DNA of 64,000 bases from the human T2T-CHM13v2.0 reference genome, Homo sapiens. Position numbers and translations under genes: made by a program. The notes under the pieces are model-generated. The model did no database searches. It was not told where the DNA came from and saw only the letters and a program-made list of their open reading frames with translations. Shown piece after piece: positions 32,401-45,092 of this stretch. Every line of letters starts with the position of its first letter. Positions within the stretch are counted from its first letter, which is position 1. Location of the stretch: assembly GCF_009914755.1 (NCBI RefSeq), contig NC_060938.1. One strand, given 5' to 3'.

Positions 32401-35400
32401 ATGTGTGCATTCAACGTACAGAGTTGAACCTTTCTTTAGATTGGGCAGTTTTGAAACACTATTTTTGTAAAATCTGCAAGTGGATATTTGGTGACGATTG
32501 CGGCCTATGATGGAAAAGCAAATATCTTCACATAAAAACTAGACAGAAGCATTCTGAGAATCTTCTTTGTGATGTGTGCATTCATCTCACACAGTTCAAC
32601 TTTTCTTTTGATTCAGCAGTTTGGAAACAGTATTTTTCTACAATCTGCAAAGGGATACTTCTTAGCCGATTTAGGCCTATGGTGAATTAGGAAATATCTT
32701 CACATAAAAAATAAACAGAAGCTTTCTGAGAAACTTCTTTGGGATGTGTGTTTTCATCTCACAGAGATGAAACTACCTTTTGATTGAGCAATTTAGAAAC
32801 TCTCTTTTAGTAGGATCTGCAAATGGATATTTGGAGCGCTTTGAGGCCTGTGGTGAAAAAGGAAATATCTTCACATAACAACCAGACAGAAGCATTCTGG
32901 AAACATCTTTGTGATGTGTGCATTCATCTCACAGAGTTGAACCTTTCTTTTGATTGAGCAGTTTGGAAACAGTCTTTTATAGTATCTGCAGAGAGATATT
33001 TGTGAGCATTTTGAGGACTTTGGTGAGAAAGGAAATATCTTCATATAAAACCTAGTCAGAAGATTCTGAGAAACTGCTTTGTGATGTGTGCATTCAACTG
33101 ACAGAGTTGAAACTTTGTTTTGATTGAGCAGTTTGGAAACAGTCCTTTTGTAGGATCTGCAAAGGGATATTTCTGAGCCCATTGAGACCTATGGTGAAAG
33201 AAGAAATATCTTCACTTAAAAACTAGACAGAAGCATTCTGAGAAACTTCTTAGTGATGTGTGCTTTCATCTCACATGTTTGAACCTTTCTTTTGATTGAG
33301 CAGTTTGGAAACAGTGTTTTTGTAGAATCTGCAAAGGATATGTCAAGCGCTTTGATGCCTATGGTGAAAAAGGACATATCTTCACATGGAATCTAAACAG
33401 AAGCTTTCTGAGAAACTTCTTTTTTATGAGTTCATACATCTCACAGAGGTGAAACTTTCTTTTCATTGAGCAGTTTGGAAACAGTCTTTTTGTACAGTCT
33501 GCAAAGGAAATTTCTGCGAAGTTGGAGGCCTATGGTGAAAAAGAAATATCTTCAGATAAAATGTAGACAGAAGTATTCTGAGAAAATTTTTTGTGATGTA
33601 TCTATTCATCTCACAGATTTGAACTTTTCTTTTGATGGAGCAGTCTGGAAACAATCTTTTTGTAGTATCTGAAGAGGGATATGTGAGAGCAGTTTAAGGC
33701 CTGTGGTGAAAAAGGAAATATCTTCACATAAAAACTAGGTAGAAGCATTCTAAGAAACTTCTTTGTATTGTGTGCATTCATCTCAAAGAGTTGAAGCTGT
33801 CTTTGGATTGAGCAGTTTGGAAACTGTCGTTTTGTAGAATCTGTGAAGGTATATTTCTGAGCCCATTGAGGCCTATGGATGAAATAGGAAATATCTTCAC
33901 ATAAAAACTAGACAGAGGATTTCTGAGAAACTTCTTTGTGATATGTGGTTTCATCTCACAGAGTTGAACCATTCCTTTGATTGAGCAGTTTGGAAACAGT
34001 CTTTTTGTAGGATCTGCAAAGGGATATTTCTGTTCCCATTGATGCCTATGGTGAAAAAGGACATATCTTCACATAAAAACTAGACAGAAGCTTTCTGATA
34101 AACTTCTTAGTGATGTGTGCTTTCATGTCACAGATTTGAAACTTTCTTTTGATTGATCAGTTTGGAAACAGTCTTTTTGTAGAATCTGCAAATGGATATT
34201 TGGAGTGCTTTGAGGCTTATGGTGAAAAAGGAAATACCTTCACATGAAATATAAACAGAAGCTTTCTGAGAAACTTCTTTTTGATGCATGCATACATCTC
34301 ACAGAGTTGAACGTTTCTTTTCATTGAGCAGTTTGGAAACAATCTTTTTGTACAATCTGGAATGGGATATTTCTGAGAAGTTGGAGGCCTATATCAAAAA
34401 AGAAATATCTTCACATAAAAACTAGACAAAAGTATTCTGAGAAACTTCTTTGAGAGGTATCCTTTCATCTCAGAGAGTTGAACTTTACTTTTGATGGAGC
34501 AGTTTGGAGACAGTCTTTTTGTAGTATCTGCAGAGGGATATCTGAGAGCAGTTTAAGGCCTATGGTGAAAAAGGAAATATCTTCACATAAAAACTAGGCA
34601 GAAGCATTCTGAGAAACTTCTTTGTGATGTATGCATTCAACTCAAAGAGGTGAAACTTTCTTTGGATTGAGCAGTTTGGAAATAGTCCTTTTGCAGTATC
34701 TGTAAAGGGATATTTCTCAGCCCATTGAGGCCTATGGTGAAATAGGAAATAACTTCTCATAAAAACCAGACAGAACGTTTCTGAGAAACTTCTTTGAGAT
34801 ATGTGCTTTCATCTCACAGAGTTGAACCTTTATTTTGGTTCAGAAGTTTGGAAACAGTCTTTGTGTAGAATCTGCAAAGGGCTATTTTTGAGCACCTTCT
34901 GGACTATGGTGAAACATAAAATATCTTCACATAAAAACTAGACAGGAGCTTTCTGAGAAACTTCTTTATGATGTGTTCTTTCATCTCACAGAGTTGTAAA
35001 TTTCCTTTGATTGAGCAGTTTGGAAACACTCTTTATGGGGAATCTGCAAGTGGATATTTGGAGTGCTTTGTGGCCTATAGTGGAAAATGAAATATCTTCA
35101 CATAAAAACTAGATAGAATCATTCTGAGAAACTTCTTTGTGATGTGCACATTCATCACAAAGAGTTGAACATTTCTTTCGATTCAGCAGTTTGGAAACAG
35201 TCCTTATGTAGAATCTGTGAAGGGATATTTCTCAGACCATTGATGCCTATGGATGAAATAGGAAATATTCTCACAAAAAAACTAGACAGAAAATTTCTGA
35301 GAAACTTCTTTATGATATGTGGTTTCATCTCACAGAGTTGAACCGTTCTTTTGGTTGAGCAGTTTGGAAACACATTTTTTGTAGAATCTGCAAGTGGATA

Positions 35401-38400
35401 TTTGGAGCACATCGAGGCCTATGGTGGAAAATGGAATATTTTCACATAAAATTTAAACAGAATCATTCTGAGAAACTTCTTTGTGATGTGTGCATTCAAC
35501 CCACAGAGTTCAACCTTTCTTTTGATTCAACAGTTTTGAAACACTCTTTTTGTAAAATCTGCCAGTGGATTTTTGGAACGCTTTGAGGCCTACAGTGGAA
35601 AAGGAAATATCTTCACATAAATAGTACACAGAAGCATTCTGAGAAACTTCTTTGTGATGTGTGCATTTAACTCAAAGAGTGCAATCCTTCTTTTGATTGA
35701 GCAGTTTTGAAAGACTCCTTTTGTAGAATCTGTAAGTGGATATTTGGAGCGCTATGTGGCCTTAAGTGGAAAAGGCAATATCTTCACATAAAAACTAGTC
35801 AACAGCATTCTGAGAAACTTCTTTGTCATGTGTGCATTCATCTCACAGAGTTGAAGCTTTCTTTTGATTGAGCAGTTTTGAAGCACTCTTTTTGTAGAAT
35901 CTCCAATTGGATACTTGGAGCGTTTTGAGGCCTATTGTAGAAAAGTAAATATCTTCACGTGAAAACTACACAGAAGCATTCTGAGAAATTGGTTTGTGAT
36001 GTGTGCATTCAACACACAGAGTTGAACCTTTCTTTTGATTGAGCAGTTTTGAAACACACTTTTTTTAGGATCTGCAAGTGGATATTTGGAGTGCTTTGTG
36101 GCCTACTGCGGAAAAGGATATATCTTCACATAAAAACTACGGAGAAGCATTCTGAGAAACTTCTTTGTGATGTGTGCATTCATCTCGCAGAGTTCAACCT
36201 TTCTTTTGATTGAGCAGTTTTGAACCACTCTTTTTGTAGAGTGTGCAAGTGGATATTTGGAGCACTTTGAGGCTTATGGTAGGAAAGGAAATATCTTCAC
36301 ATAAAAACTACAGAGAAGCATTCTGACAAAGTTCTTTGTGTTGTGTGTGTTCAACTCACAGATTTGAGTCTTTCTTTTGATTGAGCAGTTTTGAAACACT
36401 CTTTTTTTAGAATCTGCAAGTGGATATTTCGAGTGTTTTGCAGCCTCTGTTGGAAAAGGAAATATCTTCACATAAACTAGACAGAAGCATTCTGAGAAAC
36501 TTCCTTGTGATGTGTGCATTCATCTCACAGAGTTGAAACTTTCTTTTGATTGTGAAGTTTTCAAACTCTCTTTTTGTAGAATCTGCAAGTGGATATTTAG
36601 AGGCCTTTGTGGCCTACAGGGGAAAAGGAAATATCTTCACATAAAAATTAGACAGAAGCATTCTGAGAAACATCTTTGTGATATGTGCATTCATCTCACA
36701 GAGTTGAAGTTTTCTTTTTATTGACCAGTTTTGAAACGCTCTTTCTGTACAGTCTACAAGTGGATAATCATAGTGCTTTGAGGCCTATGGTGGAAAATGA
36801 AATATTTTCACAATAAAATTAGGCAGAAGCATTCTGTGATACTTCTTTGTGATATGTGCATTCATCTTACAGAGTTGAACCATTCTTTTGATTGAGTAGT
36901 TTTGAAATACTCTTTTTGTAGAATCTGCAAGTGGATATTAGGAGCACTTTGTGGCCTATGGTGGAAAAGGAAATATCTTCACATAAAAACTAAAGAGAAA
37001 CATTCTCAGCTACTTCTTTGTTTTGTGTGCATTCATCTCACAGAGTTGAACCATTCTTTTAATTTAGTAGTTTTGAATGTCTCTTTTTGTAGAATCTGCA
37101 AATGGATATTGGGAGCACTTTGAGGCCTATGGTGGAAAAGGAAATATCTTCACATAAAAACTACAGAGAAGCATTCTGAGAAACTTATTTGTGATGTGTG
37201 CATTCAACTCACAGTGTTCAACCTTTCTTTTGATTGAGCAGTTTTGAAACACTCTTTTTGTAGAATCTGCCAGTGGATATTTGGAGCGCTTTGAGGCCTA
37301 TAGTGGAAAAGGAAATATCTTCACATAAATCGTAGACAGAAGCATTCTGAGAAACTTCTTTGTGACGTGTGCATTCAACTCACAGAATGTAACTCTTCTT
37401 TAGATAGAGCAGTTTTGAAAGACTCCTTTTGTAGAACCTGCAATTGGATATTTGGAGCGCTATGTGGCCTTAAATGAAAAAGGCAATATCTTCACATAAA
37501 AACTAGACAGAAGCATTCTGAGACATTTCTTTGTGATGTGTGCATTCATCTCTCAGAGTTGAAGCTTTCTTTTGATTGAGCAGTTTTGAAACATTCTTTT
37601 TGTAGAATCTGCAAGTGGATACTGGGAGCACTTTGAGGTCGATAGTGGAAAAGGAAATATCTTCACATAAATATTTGTTGGAAGCATTCTGAGAAACTTC
37701 TTCTTGATGTGTGCATTCATCTCACAGAGTTGAATCTTTCTTTTGATTGAGCAGTTTTGAAACACTCTTTTTGTAGTATCTGCAAAGGGATACCTGGAGC
37801 GGTTTGAGGTCTATGGTGTAAAAGGAAATATCTTCACCTAAAAGCTAGAGAGAAGCATTCTGAAAAACTTCTTTGTGGTGTGTGCATTCATATCACTGTC
37901 TTGATCCATTCTTTTGACTTAACAGTTTTGAAACACTCTTTGTGTAGAATCTGCAAGTGGATATTTGGACCTCTTTGAGGCCTATTGTGAAAAAGGAAAT
38001 GTCTTCACATAAAGACTAGACAGAAGTATACTGAGAAACTTCTTTGTGATGTGTGCCTTCATCTCACTGAGCTGAAACTTTCTTTTGATTGAGCAGTTTT
38101 GAAACACTCTTTTTATAGAGTGTGCAAGTGGATATTTGGACCGCTTTGATGCTTATGGTGGAAAAGCGAACATCTTCACGTAAAAACTACAGAGAAGCAT
38201 TCTGACAAAGTTCTTTGTGCTGTGTGCATTCAACTCACAGAGTTGAACCTTTCTTTTGATTGAGCAGTTCTGAAACACTCTTTCTGTAGAATCTGCAAGT
38301 GAATATTTGGAGCGCTGTATGGCCTCTGGTGGAAAAGGAAATATCTTCACATAAAATCTAGACAGAAGCATTCTGAGAAATTTCTTCATGATGTGTGCAT

Positions 38401-41400
38401 TCATCTCACAGAGTTGAACCTTTCTTTTGATTGAGCAGTTTTGAAACACTCTTTTTGTAGAGTCTCCAAGTGGATATGTGGAGCACTTTGAAGCCATGAT
38501 AGAAAAGGAAATATCTTCACATAAGAACTAGACAGAATCATTCTAAGATACTTCTTTGTGATGTGTACATTCAACTCACAGAGTTGAACATTTCTTTTGA
38601 TTGAGCAGTTTTGAAGCACTCTTTTCGTAGAATCAGCAGTTGGATATTTAGAGCGCTTTGAGGCCTATGGTGGAAAAGGAAATATCTTCACATAAAAACT
38701 AGACAGAAGCATTCTGAGAAACTTTTCTGTGATGTGTGCATTCAACTCACCGAGTTGAACATGTCTTTTATTGAGCAGTTTGGATACATTCTTTTCGTAC
38801 CATCTTCAAATTTGTATTTGGACAGCTTTGAGGCCTATAGTGGAAAAGGAAATATCTGCACATAAAAACTAGACAGAAGCATTCAGAGAAACTTCTTTGT
38901 GATGTGTGCATTCATCTCACAGAGTTGAACCATTCTTTTCATTGAGCAGTTTTGAGACACTCTTTTTGTAGAATCTGCAAGTGGATATTTGGATCTCTTT
39001 GAGACATACAGTGCAAAAGAATATATCTTCCCTTAAAAACTAGCCAGAAGCATTCTGAGAAAGTACTTTGTGATGTGTGTATTCTACTCACAGAGTTCAA
39101 ACTTTATTCTGATTGGGCAGTTTTGAAACACACTTTTTGTAGAATCTGCAATTGGATATTTGGATCGCTTTGCGGCCTCTTGTGGAAAAGGAAATATCTT
39201 CACATGAAAACTACAGGGAATCATTTTGAGAAACTTCTTTGTGATGTGTGCTTTCAGCTCTCAGAGTTGAAACTTTCTTTTGATTGAGCAGTTTTGAAAC
39301 ACTCTTTTTGTAGAATCTGCAAGTGGATATTTAGAGTGCTTTGATGCCTATGGTGGAAAAGGAAATATCTGCAATGAAAACTAGACAGAAGCATTCTGAG
39401 AAACTTCTTTGTGTTGTGTGTATTCATCTCAGAGAGATGAACTTACTTTTTGTTGAGCAGTTTGGAAACACTCTTTTTGTAGAGTCTGCCATTGGATATT
39501 TGGAGCGCGGTGAATCCTATGGTGGAAAAGGACATATCTTCACATAAGAACTATAAAGCAGGTTTTCTAAAAACAACCTTGTGATGTGTGCATTCATCTC
39601 ACAGAGGTAAGTGTTTCTTTTCTCCTATCAGTCTGGAAACTGTGTTCTTGTACAATCTCAAAGGGGGTATTTTTGAGCACTTTGAGGCCTATTGTGACAA
39701 AGGAAATATCTTCACATTCAAAGTATGCAGAAAGTTTCCAAGATACTTTTTTGTGATATGTGCATTCATCTCACAGATTTGAATGTCTCTTTTAATTTAG
39801 CCCTTTGGAAACAGTCTTTTTGAAGAATCTGCAAACGGATATTTGTGAGCACTTTGAGGCCTATGCAGGAAAAGAAGTATCTTCACAGAAAACTATAAAG
39901 AAGGTTTCTGAGAAACTGTTTTTTGATGTCTGCATTCATCTCACAGAGGTAAACAATTATTTTCTTTGATCAGTTGGGAAACTCTGTTCTTGTAGGATCT
40001 GCTAAGGGACATTTTTGAGTGCCTAGAGCCCTATTGTGAAAAAGATATTGTCTTCACATGAAAACTAGACAGAAGCCTAGTGAGAAACTTCTTGGTGATA
40101 TGTGCATTCATCTCACAGAAATGAAACTTTCTTTTGATTAAGCAGTTTAGAAACGTCTTTTTGTAGAATCTGTAAAGGGATATTTCTCATCACTTTGAGG
40201 CCTATGGTGAAAGAGAAATTATCTTCACAAAAAAACTAGACTAAAGATTTCTGAGAAACTGCTTTGTGATGTATGCATTCATCTCACAGAGTTCAACAAT
40301 TCTTTTGATGGAGCAGTTGGGAAACCACGTTTTTATAGAATCTGCAAAGGGATATTTGTGAGCACTTTGAGTTCTATGGTTAAAAGGAAATATCTTCACA
40401 TAAAAACTATAAAGAAGGTTTGTGAGAAACTTCTTTATGATGTGTGCATTCATCTCACAGAGTTGAACCATTCCTTTGACTCAGCGGTTTGGAAACAGTC
40501 TTTTTTTAGGATCTGCAAAGGGATATTTTTGAGCACTTTGAGGCCCATGGTGAAAAAGGAAACACTTTCACATAAAAACAAGATAGATGCTTTCTGAGAA
40601 TCATCTTTTTGATGTTTGCATTTATCCCACAGAGGTGAACCTTTCTTTTGATGAGCATTTTGGAAGCAGTATTTGGTAGAATTTCCAAAGGGTTATTAGT
40701 TAGTGTTTTGTGTCCTATGTTGGAAAAGGAATTATTTTTAAATAAAAACTAGACAGAATATTTCTGAGAAACTGCCTTGTGATGTTTGCTTTCATCTCAC
40801 AGAAGTAACCATTTCTTTTCAATGAACAGATTGGAAATTCTGTTCTTGTAAAATCTGCAAAGGGATATTTGTCAGCACTTTGAGGCCTATGGTGAAAAAG
40901 GAATTATCTTCACATAAAAACTAGACGGAAGCTTTCTGTGAAACATCTTGGAGATGCGAGAATTCATCTCACAGAGTTGAAACATTCTTTTGATTGGGCA
41001 GTTTGTAAACAATATTTTGGTAGAATCTGCAAATGGATATTTGTGATGCTTTGAAGCCTATGGTGAAAACGAAATATTTTCACATGAAAACTAGAGAGAA
41101 GCTTTCTGAGAAACCTCCTTGTGATGTGTGCATTCGTCTCACAGATTTGAAACTTTCTTTGGATTGAGCAATTTGGAAACAGTATTTTTGTAGAATCTGT
41201 AAAGGCATATTTTTGAGTGGTATGAGGCCTATGATGAAATAGGAAATATCTTCACATAAAAACTAGACAGAAACTTTCTGAGAAACTTCTTTGTGATGTG
41301 TGCATTCATCTCGTAGAGTTCAACCATTCTTTTGATGGAACAGTTTGGAAACACTCTTTTTGTAGAATCTGCAAAGGGATATTTATGAGTGCTTTGAGGC

Positions 41401-44400
41401 CTATGGTTAAAAAGGAAATGTATTCACATAAAAAGTATAAACAAGGTTTCTCAGAAACAGCTTTATGATTTATGCATTCATCTCACAGAAGTAAACGTTT
41501 CTTTTCTCTGATCTGTCTGGAAACTGTTCTTGTAGATTCTGCAAAGGGATAATTGTGAGTGCTTTGAGGCCTATGGTGAAAAAGGAAATATCTTCACATA
41601 AAAATTAGAGAGAGGCTTTCTGAGAAACCTCTTTGTGATGTGGGCATTCATCTCACAAAGTTGAAACTTACTTTTGATTGAGCAGTATGGAAACCGTCTG
41701 TTTGTGGAATCTGCAAAGGGATATTTATGAGAGCTTTGAGGCCAATGGTGAAAAAGGAAATATATTCATATAAAAGGTATAAAGAAGGTTTCTTAGAAAC
41801 AGCTTTGTGGTGTGTGCATTGATCTCAGAGAGGTAAACGTTTATTTTCTGTGATCAGTCAGGAAACTGTTCTTGTAGAATCTGCAAAGGGATATTTGTGA
41901 GTGCTTTGAGGCCTATGGTGAAAAAGGAAATATCTTCACATAAAAACTAGACAGAAGCTTTCTTAGTGGCTTCTTTGTGATGTGTGCAATCATCTCACAG
42001 AGTTGAACCATTCTTTTGATTGAGCAGTCTGGAAACAGTGTTTTTATAGAATCTGCAAGGGATACTTGTCACGACTTGTAGTGCTATGGTGAAAAAGGAA
42101 ATATCTTCACATAAAAAATGGACAGAAGATTTCTGAGAAACCTCTTTGAGATGTGTGCATCCATCTCACAAAGTTCAACCATTTATTTGATTGAGCAGTT
42201 GCGAAGCAGTCTTTTTGCAGAATCTACAAAGGGATATTCCTGAGCACTTTGAAGCCTGTGGTGGAAAAGGAAATATCTTCACGTAAAAACTAAAAAGAAG
42301 TTTCTGAGAAACTTCTCTGTGATGTACACATTCATCTCACAGAGTTGAACTATTCTTTTGATTAAGCACTTTGGAAACAATCTTTTTGTAGAATCTGCAA
42401 AGGGATATTTTTGAGCACTTTGAGTCCTAGGGAGAAAAAAGAATTATCATCACATAAAAAGTATAAAGAAGGTTTCTGAGAAACAGTTTTGTGATGTGTG
42501 CATTCACCACACAGAGAAAAACGTTTGTTTTGTTTGATCAGTCTGGAAATTCTGTTCTTGTAGAATCTGCTAAGGGATAATTGTGAGCAGATGGAGGCCT
42601 ATGGTGAAAAAGGAAATGTCTTCATATAAAAATTAGACAGAAGCTTCCTGCAAAACTTCTTAGTGATTTGTGGATTCATCTCAGAGTTGAAACTTTCTAT
42701 TCATTGAGCCGTTTGGAAACAGTCTTTTTGTAGACTCTGCAAATGGATATTTGGAGCACTTTGAGGCCTATGGTGAAAAATGAAATACATTCACATAAAA
42801 ATCAGACTGAAAGTTTGTGAGAAACTTCTTTGAGATGTGTGCATTCATCTCACAAAGTTCAATAATTCTTTTTATTGAGCGATTTGGAACAATCTTTTTG
42901 TAGAATCTGCAAAGAGATATTTGTGAGGGCTTTGAGGCCTATGGTGAAAAAGGAAATATCTTCACAGAAAAACTATAAAGAAGGTTTCTGAGAAACTTCT
43001 TTGTGATGTGTGCAGTCATCTCACACAGTTCAACTTTTCTTTTGATTGAGCAGTTTGGAAACAGTCTTTTTAAATATTCTTCAAGTGGATACTTCTGAGC
43101 ACCTTGAGGCTCATGGGGAAAAAGGAAACATTCACATAAAAAATTAATAGAAGATTTCTGAGAAACCACTTTTTGACATGTGCATTCATCTCACAGAGTT
43201 GAACCTTTCTTTTGATGAGCAGTGTGGAAACAATCTTTTTGTAGAATCTGCAAAGGGACAATTTTGAGTGCTTTACATCCTGTGGTGGAAAAGGAGATAC
43301 CTTCACATAAAAACTAGACAGAATGTTTCTCAGAAACTGCTTTGTGATATGTACATTCATCTCCCAGATGTGTCTGTTTCTTTTCATTGAGAAGATTGGA
43401 AACTCTTTTCTTGTAAGATCTGCAAAGGGATATTTGTGAGCCCTTTGAGGTGTATGGTGAAAAAGGAAATATCTTCACATAAAAACTACACAGAAGCTTT
43501 CTGAGAAACATCCTCGTGATGTGAGCATTCACCTCACAGAGTTGAAACATTCTTTTGATTGAGCCATGTGTAAAGAGTCTTTTTGTAGAATCTGCAAAGG
43601 GATATTTGTGAATGCTTTGAGGCCTATGGTGAAAAAGTAAATATCTTCACATAAAAACTAGAGAGAAGCTTTCTGAGAAACCTCTTTGTGGTGTGCATAC
43701 ATCTCACAGAGTTGAACCTTTCTTTTGATTGAGCAATTTGGAAGAAGTATTTTTGTAGAATCTGTAAAGAGATATTTGTGAGCACTTTGAGACCTACGGT
43801 GAAAAACTGGACAGAAGCATTATGAGAAACTACTTCGTGATGTGTGCATTCATCACACAGAGTTGAACCTTTGTTTTGATTGAGCCGTTTGGAAACAGTC
43901 TTTTTGTAGACTCTGCAAACGGATATTTGGAGCACTTTGAGGCCTATCGTGAAAAAGGAAATATATTCACATAAAAACTAGACTGAAGGATTCTGAGAAA
44001 CTTCTTTGAGCTGTGTGCATTCATCTGACAGTGTTCAATAATTCTTTTTATTGAGCAGCTTGGAAACAGTCTTTTTGTAGAATCTGCAAAGGGATATTTG
44101 TGATGTCTTTGAGGTCTATGTTGAAAAAGGAAATATCTTCAGGGAAAAACCATAAAGAAAGTTTCTGAGAAACTTCTTTGGATGTGTGCATTCATCACAC
44201 AGAGGTGAAATATTCTTTGGATTGAGCAGTTTGCAAACAGTCTTTTTGTAGAATCTGCAGAGGGATATTTGTAGAGCTTTGAGGCTTATGATGAATAAGG
44301 AAATATATTCACATAAAAACTAGACAAAAGTTTTCTGAGAAACTTTTTGTGATGTGTGCATTTATCTCATAGAGTTTAACATTTTTTTTTTTGATAGAGC

Positions 44401-45092
44401 AGTATGGAAACAGTCTTTTTGTAGAATCTGCAAAGGGATATTTAGGAGCAAGTTGAGGCCTATGGTGGAAAAGGAAATATCTTCACATAAAAGCTAGAAA
44501 GAAGCATTCTGAGAAGCTGCTTTAAGATATGTGTACTCATCTCACAGATGTAAACATTTCTTTTCATTGAGCAGTTTGTAAACTCTGTTATTCTAGAGTC
44601 TGCAAAGGGATATTTTTGAGTGCTTTGAGACCCATGTTGAAAAAGGAAGTATCTTCATATAAAAACTAGTGAGAAGCTTACTGAGAAACTACTTTCTGAT
44701 GAGTGCATTCATCTAACAGAGTTGAAACTTTCTTTTGATTGAGCAGTTTGGAAACAGTCTTTTTGTAGACTCTGCAAAGGTATATTTGGGAGTGCATTGA
44801 GGCCTATGTTCAAAAAGGAAATATCTTCAAATAAAACTGAGAAGGAAGTTTTCTGAGAAACTTCTTTGTGATGTACACATTCGTCTCACAGGGTTGAATC
44901 ATTCTGTTTATTGAGCAGTTTGGAAACAATCTTTTTGTAGAATCTGCAAAGGGATATCTGTGAGTGCATTGAGGCATATGGTGAAAAAGGAAATATCTTC
45001 ATATTAAAAGTAGAAAGAAGTTTTCTGAGTAACTCATTTGTGACATGTGCATTTATCACACAGAAGTAAAAATTTCTTCCCATTAAGCAGTT
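17489..45092 (+). repeat. Alpha satellite (ALR), divergent array, forward orientation, several sequence layers
   Basis: ~171-bp units reading AAAACTAGACAGAAGCATTCTGAGAAACTTCTTTGTGATGTGTGCATTCATCTCACAGAGTTGAAC... The box position carries the pJalpha/A-type CCTATGGTGRAAAAGGAA motif, not a CENP-B box. Confidence 0.98.

Noticed and set aside
17489-45092. A single 27.6-kb inversion bounded by the two strand switches
   Set aside because: Each breakpoint has the same monomer type on both sides, so reversing the block would create two layer mismatches. Two independent events are more parsimonious, though not proven.
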